A DNA stretch of 64,000 nucleotides from positions 62,001 to 126,000 of the forward strand of contig NW_026859066.1 of assembly GCF_026571515.1 (NCBI RefSeq). The letters run 5' to 3'. Source of the DNA: Ruditapes philippinarum (Eukaryota). The position numbers and the translations under genes are program-made. Position 1 is the first letter of the stretch; every line of letters begins with the position of its first letter. The notes under the pieces are model-generated. The model saw only the letters and a list, made by a program, of their open reading frames with translations, had not been told where the DNA came from and searched no databases. This document shows, one piece after another, positions 21,480-33,306 of this stretch.

Positions 21480-24400
21480 TTCATGGGAAAAAAATTTTTT
21501 TACATGTATAAATGATTAAGCTCTAAATTAGCTAAAAAAATTAACACGACCAAAAAAAAAAAAAACGTTTCGTAAAACAAAATTTAAATATTAGCTAAAT
21601 TATAATACGGTTTTCAATGCATAAATTTAAAATAAATTTTAGAGAATCAATCGCTCTTAAAAAACCCTTGATTTATTTTTGTCATTTTTTCTGCCCAACA
21701 TATCTTTTTCTTTTAAAATAAGAGCCTTTTCCCGGGGATTTTTCCCGAATGTTTTTGACACAAAAAAGAAACCCCTTTGTTTTACAGATTATCCCTGGAC
21801 AATTTCAAAGGCAAAAATTTTGATAAAAAGGAAAAGTTTTTCTAATAAATGGACCTTTGCCTACAAAGTTTTTTTGACCCTGTTATGGAGTTATGTACAT
21901 GCCAAAGTTTAAAATGTAAAAATTAACAAAGGGCAAAAACTCCAAAATTATAATTAAGGTTGCATTATCAAAGACACAAGGCTGACGTTTTTCGCAGCTT
22001 TAAAATTCATAAAGAAAGTTTTTTCCACATTAAAAATTTTAAAAATGAAAAAAAACGCAATATTTATAAAATTAAATTTCATTGACACTTGTTTAATTTA
22101 GAAAAACGTCGGTAGGTTAATTACCTAATAAAAATTCTTTGGTTTATTGGTCAGGTAAAACCGTAACTTCACGTTCAAAAATTTCTAGCACAAAATTGGT
22201 GTATTTTTGTTTTTTTTACGAATTTTGAAAAAAGAATTTTTGGCCAATATTGAATCCCCGAATTTATACCTCACGAAATTGCCGTTTGCCCGGAAAAAAA
22301 AGAAAATTATGCCCTCGATTTAAAAAATTGATTTCACAGTTAGAAAGGGCCAGTTAGTTTTTTGAAACTGAAAATTCAAAAACCTTTTATTGAGATTATG
22401 TACCACAAATTTTCATGTTAAAATCTCTTAAAATTTATAGAGTGATGTCTCAGACATGACCTTTCCTAAAAGGGAGATAATTCAATTACAGGGCTAACCA
22501 GTTATGGTTTTTTGCAATGCATTTTCAACCCAATGAGATCTACGTACAACAGTTTTCATGTTGATATTCCTTATAATTTTAGAGTTTACGTTCTGGAAAA
22601 AGTGTAAAAAATGAACAAAAAAGGCAATAACTCCAAAATTAGGCATGGCAGAGTAACGTTTTCTGTGTACTGCACAGCTACCACTGGAATCTATCTACCT
22701 ACAAAGTTTCATGTTGAATATCTCTAATAGTTTAGAGTTATGTCCAGTACAAAATTTTTTCTAAAAGCAGGATAATTCAAAAAACAGGGGCTGAGAAGAG
22801 TTATGATTCTTTTGCACTGCACTTCCACCCGATGAGATCTATCTCACAAAGTTTCATGTTGATAATCTTTTATAATTTTAGAAGTAATGTTCCGGACACA
22901 GTTATAAGTGTAAAAATGAACAAAACTCCAAAATTAGGTAATGGCAGAGTTACAGTTCTTGTGCACTGCACTCCCCTTGATGTGCCTCATTCTAACCACT
23001 GTGTGAAGTTTAAACAAATTATCTCTTAGGGTGTTTAAGTTATGTTTCGGACAAGACAACGGTCGGACAGGACAGACAGACAAGGCGGCGACTATACGCT
23101 CATAAAAATAGTGCATCTCTTCAATTTACAAAAGACCATATTGAAAAAAATCACCCTTTATTTAAAAAATTTAAATAATTTTCCCAACATTTTAAAGTAC
23201 ATTTTTGCCCGATCAAAAGGGGAAATAGTGAGGGGAACAGGAAAAGGGGAAACTCAATTTAACTATGGGATAAATTTTTTAAATTTTTTAAATTTTAAAT
23301 TCTACAAGGACTTTTTTTTAATTTACCCGAGAAAAAAATTTAAAACATTAAAAAGAATTTTCATATCACGGTTTATTTTATAAAAAAATGGGAGAACATT
23401 TTTTTTTCTTGGAAGTTTTTATCTTTCATTTCCAAACGTTTGTCAGTATTTAAAAAAAATATTTGTCAAAACCCCCATTCTAACAGGCCCGTTTTAAAGA
23501 AAAAAATAGTAATTCAGGGAATTTTCCAAAGATTAAAATACATTGCAACATTTAAAAAATTTATTACATAACATAACAGTGTTGCTATGTGAATTGGGGC
23601 CCAATTAAATTTAAAAGGGCTTTTTAAGCAATTTAAATTTGGGTTTTAGTATTTAAACCCAAAAAAATAGCAATGAAAGAATTAAAAATGAATAAAAATC
23701 TTTTTATAAATTAAAGAAAATAATGGTTCTAGACCAAATTTAAATTTTCCATTTTTATACGAGATACTAAACTTTTCAAAAAAAATAGAACTTTTTTTTC
23801 CTTTAGGTATTCAAAATCTGGGTTTCAATATTTTTTTTCAACATTTGGGGAAAACCGCTATTTTTTTATAGGTGTTTGTTTAAAAAAAATAATATTTTCA
23901 AAGATAAAAATTCATTTTTAAAAATACAATGTTTTAAACATGGCACTAATAAAAAAGAACAGGGATTTACGAAATTTATAATAACCATGTCAAACGTATC
24001 AACAACTTCACAAAATGAGTTGAAATAAAATGATAATTACTTTGTGCTTCTTTAGTAGTAACACGGTATGACATAGGAAGATAATGATCCAACAAAGTAA
24101 ACAATATTTCAATTATCACAGTAAATGCACAATAATAAAATAATAATCAGTCACACTAATAACAAAAAAAACAAAACATCTTAAAACAAGCCTATAAAAA
24201 ATAATAATAAAATAATCAAAACTAAATTAAAAAAACAACACTTAACAATACACACACAAAGTTATCTATATTTGAAAAGAATTAAAAGGGTTTGTAAAAC
24301 TACATGTATTTCAAAAAATATTTGTCTTAACATTTTCTACTGTAAAATAAGAATTGAAATTTTCAATCCATCTTTAATATCAATCATTAAGATTCTGAAC

Positions 24401-27400
24401 CTTTCATCTATTAAATATTTGTTTCTTAGAGTCAATTAAGCTATTTCACAGTAGAAATAATAATACTCTTAAAAGAAAACTTTTTGATTAAAAAATTTTT
24501 AATATTTTAATTCTATTTTTTTAAAAATTTGATCTGTCACTCCCTTTTTTCAAAAAAAATGCTGTTTAAACTCCCCTTTTAATTCATGACTTTTATTATA
24601 AATAAAATTTCAAACAATTTTTAAAAGTAAAATTTTTATGTCTTAAAAACTTTTTTTTTAAAATTTTAAAATTTTTTTTTTTTAAAGCAAAAGTGGGTTA
24701 TTTTTAATTTTAATTAAATTTCTGTTTAGACTTTTTTTTAAATATATAACAAAAATTTTCATGCACAAATTAAATTTGGGGGGGTTTAAGGGCTTTTTTA
24801 AGTCAAAATCCACAAATTGCCCTTTAAAATTTTTGCAATTTTTTAGAATAAACAAACTGGGGCCCCGATTGGTTTCAATGGTTCAGCAACCTTTTGTTTT
24901 TCCGGTGTTATAAATATGGGTTTATTAAACCTTTTCCAAAAATCGGGTTTTTGTTTTTTTCTCACTCTTTTAAAATCACCTTTCCAAAAAAGGTTAAAAA
25001 GGAAAAAATTTTTGGGAAAAAAGAAAAAGAAAGGACTGATTGAAAAATTATTAAATTGGGGACAAAGAAGGGCTTTGGGAAATGGAAAAATAAAAATGTT
25101 GTAAAATAATGGTAAAAAAAATTTCTTTTTGGGTAAAAATGAAAAATTTCCCTTAAAGTTCTAACATTCTTAAAATGAGGAAAAAAGCTTTGACCCCTTT
25201 AAAAACAACATAAAAAGTAATGTGGAACGATTTTTTTTTGGTTTTTATACAAATTTAAAATTGTCTTGCAAAATTATCCCCGCCCATCTAATTCTTATTA
25301 TCGAAAAAGTGGTTTTAAAATTTTGTTAAGCAAAAAAAAGATAGTTAGGGAATTTTTGCATTGAGTTAGTGAATTTTGGGGGTGAAAGGGGCCTTTAAAA
25401 TTTTATACTTCAAACAAAGGGCAACACGTAAGGGCAAATTTGTAAAAAATTTGGTAGTGTTCAAAATTCCTTTCATCTTAATTTTATGCACTTGGTTTTA
25501 AATTTATTTGGGTGTCATCAAAGGCAAAAAGTAGGCAATTTGGGCAAAAAGTTGGTCCCTGGTTCAAAAGCCCAATTTTAAAATTTTTTTAAAATGTGCC
25601 AAAGGGCAAAATTTTCATTGGCCCTTTTAAGGGACAAAAAAGTTTTGTTGAGGGAACATTTTGGGCCCCAAAGGGTTTTTCAAAAAATTTTGATAAAAGG
25701 TTTTCCACCCAAACGGGGATTTCAAAGTCAAAGTCTAAACTGTAGCTTTTCTATTCAAAAAATTTGTTTTTTTTTGTTTTTTTTTTGTTTTTATTTGTAA
25801 AAAACCAACAGGTGAAACGCTATATGCCCCGCTGCAGATTCTGCGGGGGGCATAAAAAAAATTTTATAGACAATAAAGAAGGGGGGTTATATTTGTTTAA
25901 ATTTCATTCTAAAGAATGAATTCCCCCTTTGGGAAATAGATATTTGGGGAAACAGAAATTTTTCTTTTTTTCTAATATTCTAAAAACTTCTGGTTTCACT
26001 ATCCAAACTTTCAAAAAAGTATTAAAATTTGATGTCTATTTATTTTCCAAATTGCTTTTTGAAAAATGCTTGCCCCACTATTCATTTAAAAGAAGTTTTT
26101 TTGTTTCTATACAAACTAAAATTTGCCTTAAAACAGTTTTGGGTTTTTAAAAATTGGGGCAAAGGTTTTTCAGCTGTGAAATTTAAAGTAATTTTGGGGA
26201 ATTGTTTTTTTTGGTACAAAAAAATGTGCCTAATTTATTAAAAAAATAGTTTTACTAGATAAAAAAAAATTTTTTAATGAAAAAACGGGGCTTTGGGGAA
26301 AATTTTTTGTTTTTTTATTTTTGTGGTTAATTTTGGTTTAAAAATGACTCTTTTAAGGAAAATGTTCCCGGAAATGATTTGCAAAACCTTTAAAAAAGAA
26401 AAAAGGTTAAATTTTTATAAAAAATCTTCTTACATGGACCTAGGAAATTTTAGTTTCCTTTCCCTTCTGTGGCTTTGCCCCCATACAAAATGTTCTAGGG
26501 TTTTCGGTAAAAGTTTGTGCAATTTCCCGTAAAAAGGGAGGTGATGATTTTTAAAATTTGGGAAATGGGAAATAAAAATTGCATACATTTGTTTAAAAAA
26601 AAAAATTTTTTAAGGAAAAAACTTTTTCATGGGAAATTATTTTTGGGTTAAAAAGGTGTACGTTTTAAAATTTTTAAAAATGTGGTTCTTTTTAAAGGGT
26701 ATTTTTTAAGTTGGTTCCCCCTTTAAAAAAAGTTTTTTAAGGGGAAATTTTTAAATTCAAAAGAAGCTTTTCAAATGCTTTAAGATTTGAAATTTTTACA
26801 TTAAAATTTTGGGGATAAGGTTTGGTAGATCTCCAATCAAAGTGTATTTGAGCTAAACTTTAAATTTAAATGTTAAAAATCAAAAAATGTTAAATCGTTT
26901 TTTTTGGTTCAAAGGCTTTTTGCCCTAAATTATAAAATCCTTTTAAAAAAATTTTTTGGTGTCCCCTTTTGGTAGAAATTTTAAGGGTTAAAAAGGGAAA
27001 AAAAAACTTTCTTAAAAAGAAGTTATATGAGTTTTTTAGACCCTTTAAACACCCCCAATTTGGGTCAGTCTTTTCAGAGTCCTTTTTTAAAAAAATTAAA
27101 GACCCTGCAAAAAATGGTAAATGTGGAATTTTTTTTCTATAAATTATAAAATTTAAATTTTGTTTTTTTTTCTAAAAAAACATGTTTTTTTTAAACCCTT
27201 TTTATCGGCCCTTTTCCCTTTTTTCCGTACAAACCCCAAAACCAAATTTTCCCCGGGTTTGTTTTTGGGTTGAAAGTTTAGGAAATGTTTAAAAATTGGT
27301 TTTCCCCATTCAAACCCAGTATTGGGGTTTTTTTTAAGGCATTAGCCCATAACCCCCCAAAGCCCAAATTTTCTTTATGTGAAAATGGCCCCGGGTTTAA

Positions 27401-28200
27401 AAACGCTGGACCCAAAGATTTATTCTGGTATCTGAAAGGAAAATTTTGTAAGGGTTTTGTAGTTTAAAACTTTAGAAAACATTTATGGTTTGGAGTTTTT
27501 TTACCAAAAAAATTTCCCACCTGAAAAACTCCCACTAAAATGGTTATTTTTTCATTTTAAATAAATTTAAAAAAACAGTTTCAAAATTTCTTTAATCCGC
27601 AAAAATTTTTTGAACATTTAAAATTTCTTTATATTGTTTCTTAAAATTTCTTGGGTTTTTTGGTTTGGGCCCCCCTTTAAAAGTGCAGGGGTTACATCAG
27701 TTTAAAGGGGGGGTAAGCGCTCTTAAAAAATTTGGGGGCATTCTCCTTTAATTCGTGTCTGTATTTTGGGTTTTAAAAAATGGGCCTGGATGAAGGGGGC
27801 TTTAAAAAAGAAAAAAAGGTTATTTTTTTTTCTTTGATGTTCAAATTTTTTTTTTTAAATTTAAATCCCTATTTTTTATTCATGTTTTAGAAATTTGCAA
27901 AAATCCCCCCCTTTTAAAACCCCTACGGTAAAAAAATCTTTTTTTTAATTTAAAAGGGTCTTTGTGTTTTTTTGTGTTTGTAAAAAAGAAATTTTAAAAA
28001 AAATAAGGAAATGTTTTTGAAAAATTTAAATTTTTCTTTTAAGGTTTTAAGGGGGAAAATTTTTGAACCCTTAAAAATTTTAAAAAAAACCAATTTTCAT
28101 TTGGAAACCCTTTAAAAAAATCAGCTGGTCCTTTTTAAAACCCCCCCGTTATTTTACATTTTGTTTTTTGGTTTTAACTGTCAGTTAATTAAAACCATGT
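21480..28200. other. Low-quality, homopolymer-inflated assembly segment (also 1-1250)
   Basis: Abrupt excess of A/T/G/C runs; recognisable repeats are distorted into homopolymers; ORFs here are F/K/L-rich noise. Confidence 0.75.
21925..23108 (-). mobile_element. Degenerate HINE-like element with AAGGGCAATAACTC-type core repeats
   Basis: Repeated units (GGCAATAACTCCAAAATTAGG..GCACTGCAC..GAGATCTATC..AAAGTTTCATGTTGA) ending in (GACA)n and GGCGGCGACTATA..CATAAAAA. Confidence 0.6.
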
Positions 28201-28839
28201 TTTATTCAGATGGCAACATTTTCAAGTTATTATCAAGAAAACTTAAGAAATTCACCATATTTTCAGAAAGATATAACAATAAACATACTTCCATCCTTGT
28301 TAGGGCGATTTTACCATCTCCAAACAATTCCTGTCTCAGCAGCAACTCTAGCTGCTCAACTGTCAACTCATTTATCTGTTGAACTTCAGTTGAACTAGGG
28401 CGACCCATTCGACCACTGAATCTTTATATTCTTCGAGGGATCTGTAAAAAATAACCAGCTTTGTACTAGTGCAAGTCTTGTACATATAAACTGACCTGTT
28501 ATTGATGCTTCTGTAAATATCTTAACTTTACAACTTATTAGTAAATGTTCTTAGACCAAAATCTATTCATTAAAATATTTCTAGTTTGCAATCATCACAT
28601 TGTTTTAAAGGACATAAGTTGGTATGAATATAGTTATTTTCAAATAATAATAATTTTAATGTTCAATGATAAAAAATTGAAACGATCATTTCTAAAGATT
28701 TTACTTTAAATAGTTATTCTTGCTCAAGCAGCCCATAAATGAACTAGGACTCTGTGTGTCGCCTTGTGAACAGTATATTTGTTATACTACATCACTTAAG
28801 CATTTTCTTCTTAAATGTAGGTTATTTATAAACGCTGCT

Positions 28840-29771
28840 TAAGGGCAATAACTATAAAATTAAGAAGTGCAGAGTACCAGTTCTTGTGCACTGCACTTCT
28901 TCTAAATGAGATCTATCATCCTAGCTTGAATCCATAGCTTTTATAGTTGAAGAGAAATGGCTCAGACAAAATTAAAGTATGAAAATAAATAAAGGGCAAT
29001 AACTCAAAAACCATGGAGTACCTGTTTTTGTGCACTCGCATCATCTCGATGAAGTTTCATGTCCAAAGCTTTTATAGTTTAGGAGAAATGGCCCAGACAA
29101 AAATAAAGTATGAAAATAAAAAAAATAAGAAGTGCAGAGTACCGGTTCTTGCACTTCTTCTTTATGAGATCTATCATTCTATGAAGTTTCAAGTAAATAG
29201 ATTTCATTGTTTAGGAAAAATGGCCCGAACAAAAATAAAGTATTAAAATTAACAAAGGGCAATAACTCAGAAAATAAGAAAAACAGAGTGCCAGTTCTTG
29301 TGTACTGCACTTCTTCTTAATAAGATATATCATCTTATGAAATTTCAAGCCCATAGCTTTTATAAATTATGAGAAATGGCCCGGACAAAAATAAAGTATG
29401 AAAATCAACAAAGGGCAATAATTCAAAAAATAAGATATGCAGAGTACCAGTTCTCTGCACTGTACTTCTTCTTAGTGAGATCTATCATCCTATGAAGTTT
29501 CAAGTCCATAGCTTTTATAGTTGAAAATAAATGGCCTGGACAAAATTAAAGTATGAAAATTAACTAAGGGCAATAACTCAAAATTAAGAAGCGCAGAGTA
29601 CCGGCCCTTGTGCAATGCACTTAAGGTTATTAAAAGAAGCATGCATATCAAGTTTGAAGTCAATCCGACTTATAGTGACTGAGTTATGCTCCAGACAAGC
29701 TTTAGGGGACGCCGACAACGCGGCCGACAAAAGTAACCCCTATATGTCGCCTATTCAAGGCGCCACAAAAA
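28840..29771 (-). mobile_element. HINE-like element with a ~150-bp core tandem array (intronic)
   Basis: About 5-6 units of AAGGGCAATAACTC..AGAGTACC..GCACTGCACTTC..ATGGCCC.GACAAAA; terminal hairpin TGTCGCC tattcaa GGCGCCA + CAAAAA. Confidence 0.75.
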
Positions 29772-30078
29772 CCAACATTTTAATGTAGATCTGAACTCAA
29801 CTTACATATTTGGAAAATGGCAAGATGTCTTCAACCATCCGTGCAGCTGACAGAAGACGCAATGTCATTGCCATTTCTTCATTGCCATATATAACTGTGG
29901 AAACTGTATTAAAAATGCAGTTTCCATAAGCTGTGGCTCCCAGAACTATCCTTTCTCAAATAGTCATCGGTATAAAGTCCTTATACCTATGAATGAAAGT
30001 GGTGCAGTCAATTTACTCAAGAGAAATGGACCCATTAAAATTAATCAAATAAAAAACTGTGTATATTATGAAATATAT

Positions 30079-30487
30079 TAATCTTACATACTGCCGGTGC
30101 AGACGGGATATCTAGCTCGAGGGTAACTGTTTAAGGCGGTTACGAGGCTCTGTCGAGTTTACGCTAAACAGTTACCCGAGAGCTAGATATTCCCGTCTGC
30201 ACCGACAGCCGGTGCTTGATTCTTTTTCTTGCATATTACATACCAATTATTTTAAGAACAGAAACTATGAAAACTGATATTCTAATTACACACTTCCTTC
30301 TTATAGTAGCAAATGCACTTACAACTTCATTCATATGGCATCCTTAGAACGCAATATTCATTCATAAAATGCGCGCCACAATGAAATCATTTAAAGCACG
30401 CAACTTCATGGGAGGGGGTGTAAGACACTAGCACTGGTTTCTAGCACTGGTGTAAACGGTAGATAATCCTATCTGATATGCAAGAAT
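30079..30487. mobile_element. Palindromic non-autonomous element, Crypton-like
   Basis: Long hairpin 30091-30208 (GGTGCAGACGGGATATCTAGCTC..GGGTAACTGTTTA / TAAACAGTTACCC..GAGCTAGATATTCCCGTCTGCACC) with a CGAGGC..TCGAG centre, plus a second inverted pair TTCTTGCATAT / ATATGCAAGAA. The family assignment is inference. Confidence 0.55.
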
Positions 30488-31532
30488 ATAACTGTCTTAC
30501 TTGCCAAAAACTTAATTGCCAAAGGCATGGAGAATAAGACAATAAATTATATCTGACTTTCTCAATGAAACATACCAAGTATCAGATTGTATCACTGAAA
30601 TAATTATGTTAATTAAGTCATTTCACCTTATATCCTAAACATATGAACTAATCACTACTTATTTCCAAGTAAAGTGTTAAATAACAAACAGTAAAAAAAT
30701 ATACCTATTGTCTGTCTCCAACAAGGGTTTGCTTTGCCATGTAGTTGCCAAGGTGGTCTCTGGCTTGAGAAATACAGACAGGATGGTGTCTGCCAGCCCC
30801 CATAAATGCTCCCAGCTTCTAATTTTGTTCATGATCAGCAATGATCTCTACAAGGCAATAAAAAGCACATTTTTAAGCATAAATTATTCCAAACTGTTTA
30901 ATCATTGTGATGTACATTACAGTTGAAACTCAATGTTAAAATCTTCAATAAATTCAGTAAATGAATGAATTCAGTTTAATACAATTGTCATCAATAAAAC
31001 TGTGTCTCCTGCAGTTCTGTCTCCATTGCCATTAATCACAATTTGGTATACCTGTGATGACAGATATTTTTGTTGTTGAAAATAGCATGAAATTGAGTTT
31101 GAGTTTTAGTAGGTCATCAGCACCAAGCAATAATGCAATGAATAACAGATTTAATATTCATAAAAAAAACTAGGTTGAAAACATTCCAGTCATATACCGG
31201 TGGATCTTTATTTTAACTTAACTTTTCTTTCACACAAAAACAAATGACCTATTACAATAAATGTCTCAATTTTTTCTGGAGTTGTTTCAATAACTAAACA
31301 TCAAAAAGGTTTTTATACACAAAAATTGGATTTAGCTAATATACTTTGTATGTATCTTTGTCACTTACATCAGTATTTTCCAGGAGTTTTATCTCCTGTC
31401 TTGTCTGATGAAGTCCTTCTAAATCAATCTATAAAAAACATCAACGCAGCTGTCATAGTTGTACTAGAAGATCTGTATATTATCAAAAACTTTTTATGTA
31501 CTCCGGCCATAAGCAATTGCTTTATCAGAAAA

Positions 31533-32525
31533 AAACTAGAAATGTGTCATCATGCCACGGATGCCCCCGCATGCAGCCAAAATTTCAGATGTTATAATAT
31601 TTAGTTCCAAATTTGTTTGCACAAATTATTTGTTTCATTTTAAGTTCAAAGCCCTTAAAAGTTTTCAATGTTAACACAAACCATTTTCATACAATGTTCA
31701 AGGCACTGAATTTATTCAGTCTTAACCTTTTGAAAATAGCATATTGCATATTTGTAGTCAAAATAATGGCTACATACATTTCCACAAAAGTATGAGTGCT
31801 GAAACTGAAAGTTCAAAATTTTTCCAACATTCAGGAAAGATAAGTTTGACCAAAATCATTCAACCACGACCAAATTCAAACTTAAACTGCTTATTCCTAA
31901 GATGTATCTATATTATTTTCAAAGTGAAAGGGACATTACTCTGCCAAAAAATCATCGAACCATCACCAAATTCCAACTTGACCTGCCCATTCCTTAGACA
32001 TATCCATATGTCAAATTTGAGTTGAATATGTAACACTGTTGGGTAGATAATGAACAGAAACTGTAAATTTCATATTATTTTCAAAGTGAAAGGGGCATTA
32101 CTCTGCCAAAAATCATTGAACCATGACCAAATTTGAACTTGACCTGCGCAATTTTTTAATGTATTCATATGTCAAGTTTGAGTTGAATGTGTTGTACCGT
32201 TGGGGAGATAATGAACGGAAACTGAAAATTTAATCTTATTTTCAAAGTAAAAGGGACATTACTCTGCCAAAAATCTTTGAAACATGACCATATTCGAACT
32301 TGACCTGTATTTTCTCATGACATATTCATATGTCAAATTTGAGTTGAATGTGTGCAACCGTTACTAAGATAATGAACGGAAACTGATGATGACGGAATGA
32401 CAGAATGACGGAAGGATGGAAGGACGGAATGACGGAACAGGGTAACACTATATGCCCCGGCCATTACATGGCGGGGGCATAATAACACTATATGCCCCTG
32501 CCATCACATGGCGGGGGCATAAAAA
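31533..32525 (-). mobile_element. HINE-like element with ~160-bp core repeats and a duplicated terminal hairpin
   Basis: AAACTAGAAATGTGTC..GGATGCCCCC at one end; 3-4 units of AAAGTGAAAGGG.CATTACTCTGCCAAAAATC; (GACGGAAT)n; TAACACTATATGCCCC..GGCGGGGCATAA present twice. Confidence 0.75.
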
Positions 32526-33306
32526 TGCAAAAATAATTTTACTTCCAAATTAGAAATTTGTGGAAAAGGTTTAGGAAACTAATGCTAAACTCATCAGATC
32601 ACAATGTACTTAAGAGCCAAAATCTGCAAAATTAAAAAAAATACCTACATCTGTAAGACATTCATTGTTTTCACTCATCATCTCAGCCTCACCAGAAATT
32701 ATATCCTGATCAGGATTTACACCCTACAATATATGTTTAATTTAACAGATATGTGGTTCAAATAATGGAGCAAATCCATATTAGGTGACATGAGCTTAGA
32801 ACACAAAACGTAATAATCTATAATGCAAATGGAAATTTCTTGGCTCTGAAGGTCAGCGTATCAAAATCACACCGTCTGTCCGTTTGTATATTTTGAGTTA
32901 CATGCAACACAAGTTGAAAATTGAAAAATTTTACTAAGTCAAGGGCAATAACTTTAAAAAGACTAAAACTAAAAATATCCACACGAAAATACCCAGGTGC
33001 ACAACTTCACATGCTGAGCAACATTCTTGTAAGGTTTCATGACTCTAGGTCAATTACTTTTTGAGCTACGTGTGACACAAAAAGAGAACGGATGGACGGA
33101 AGGACGGACGGACGGACAAGGGTAAATCTAAATGATCCCCCCCCCTATAATGGGGGCACAACATTTATATATAAAATGGGTAAAAGACAGAAAAGGCCAG
33201 GTTGCATTTGTATACAAAATATCATGATGATGTGATACTACAAAAAATTTTACCAATTACCATTAGTGTCGAAAATTTAACTAAGTTTGTAAACAGGAAG
33301 ACGATG

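Noticed and set aside
23990-24700. Possible 3' end of an L1/Tx1-like LINE on the minus strand
   Set aside because: The sequence is too corrupted to recover any diagnostic motif.
23042-27467. Several F/K/L-rich ORFs
   Set aside because: They arise from homopolymer-rich low-quality sequence and contain no motifs.
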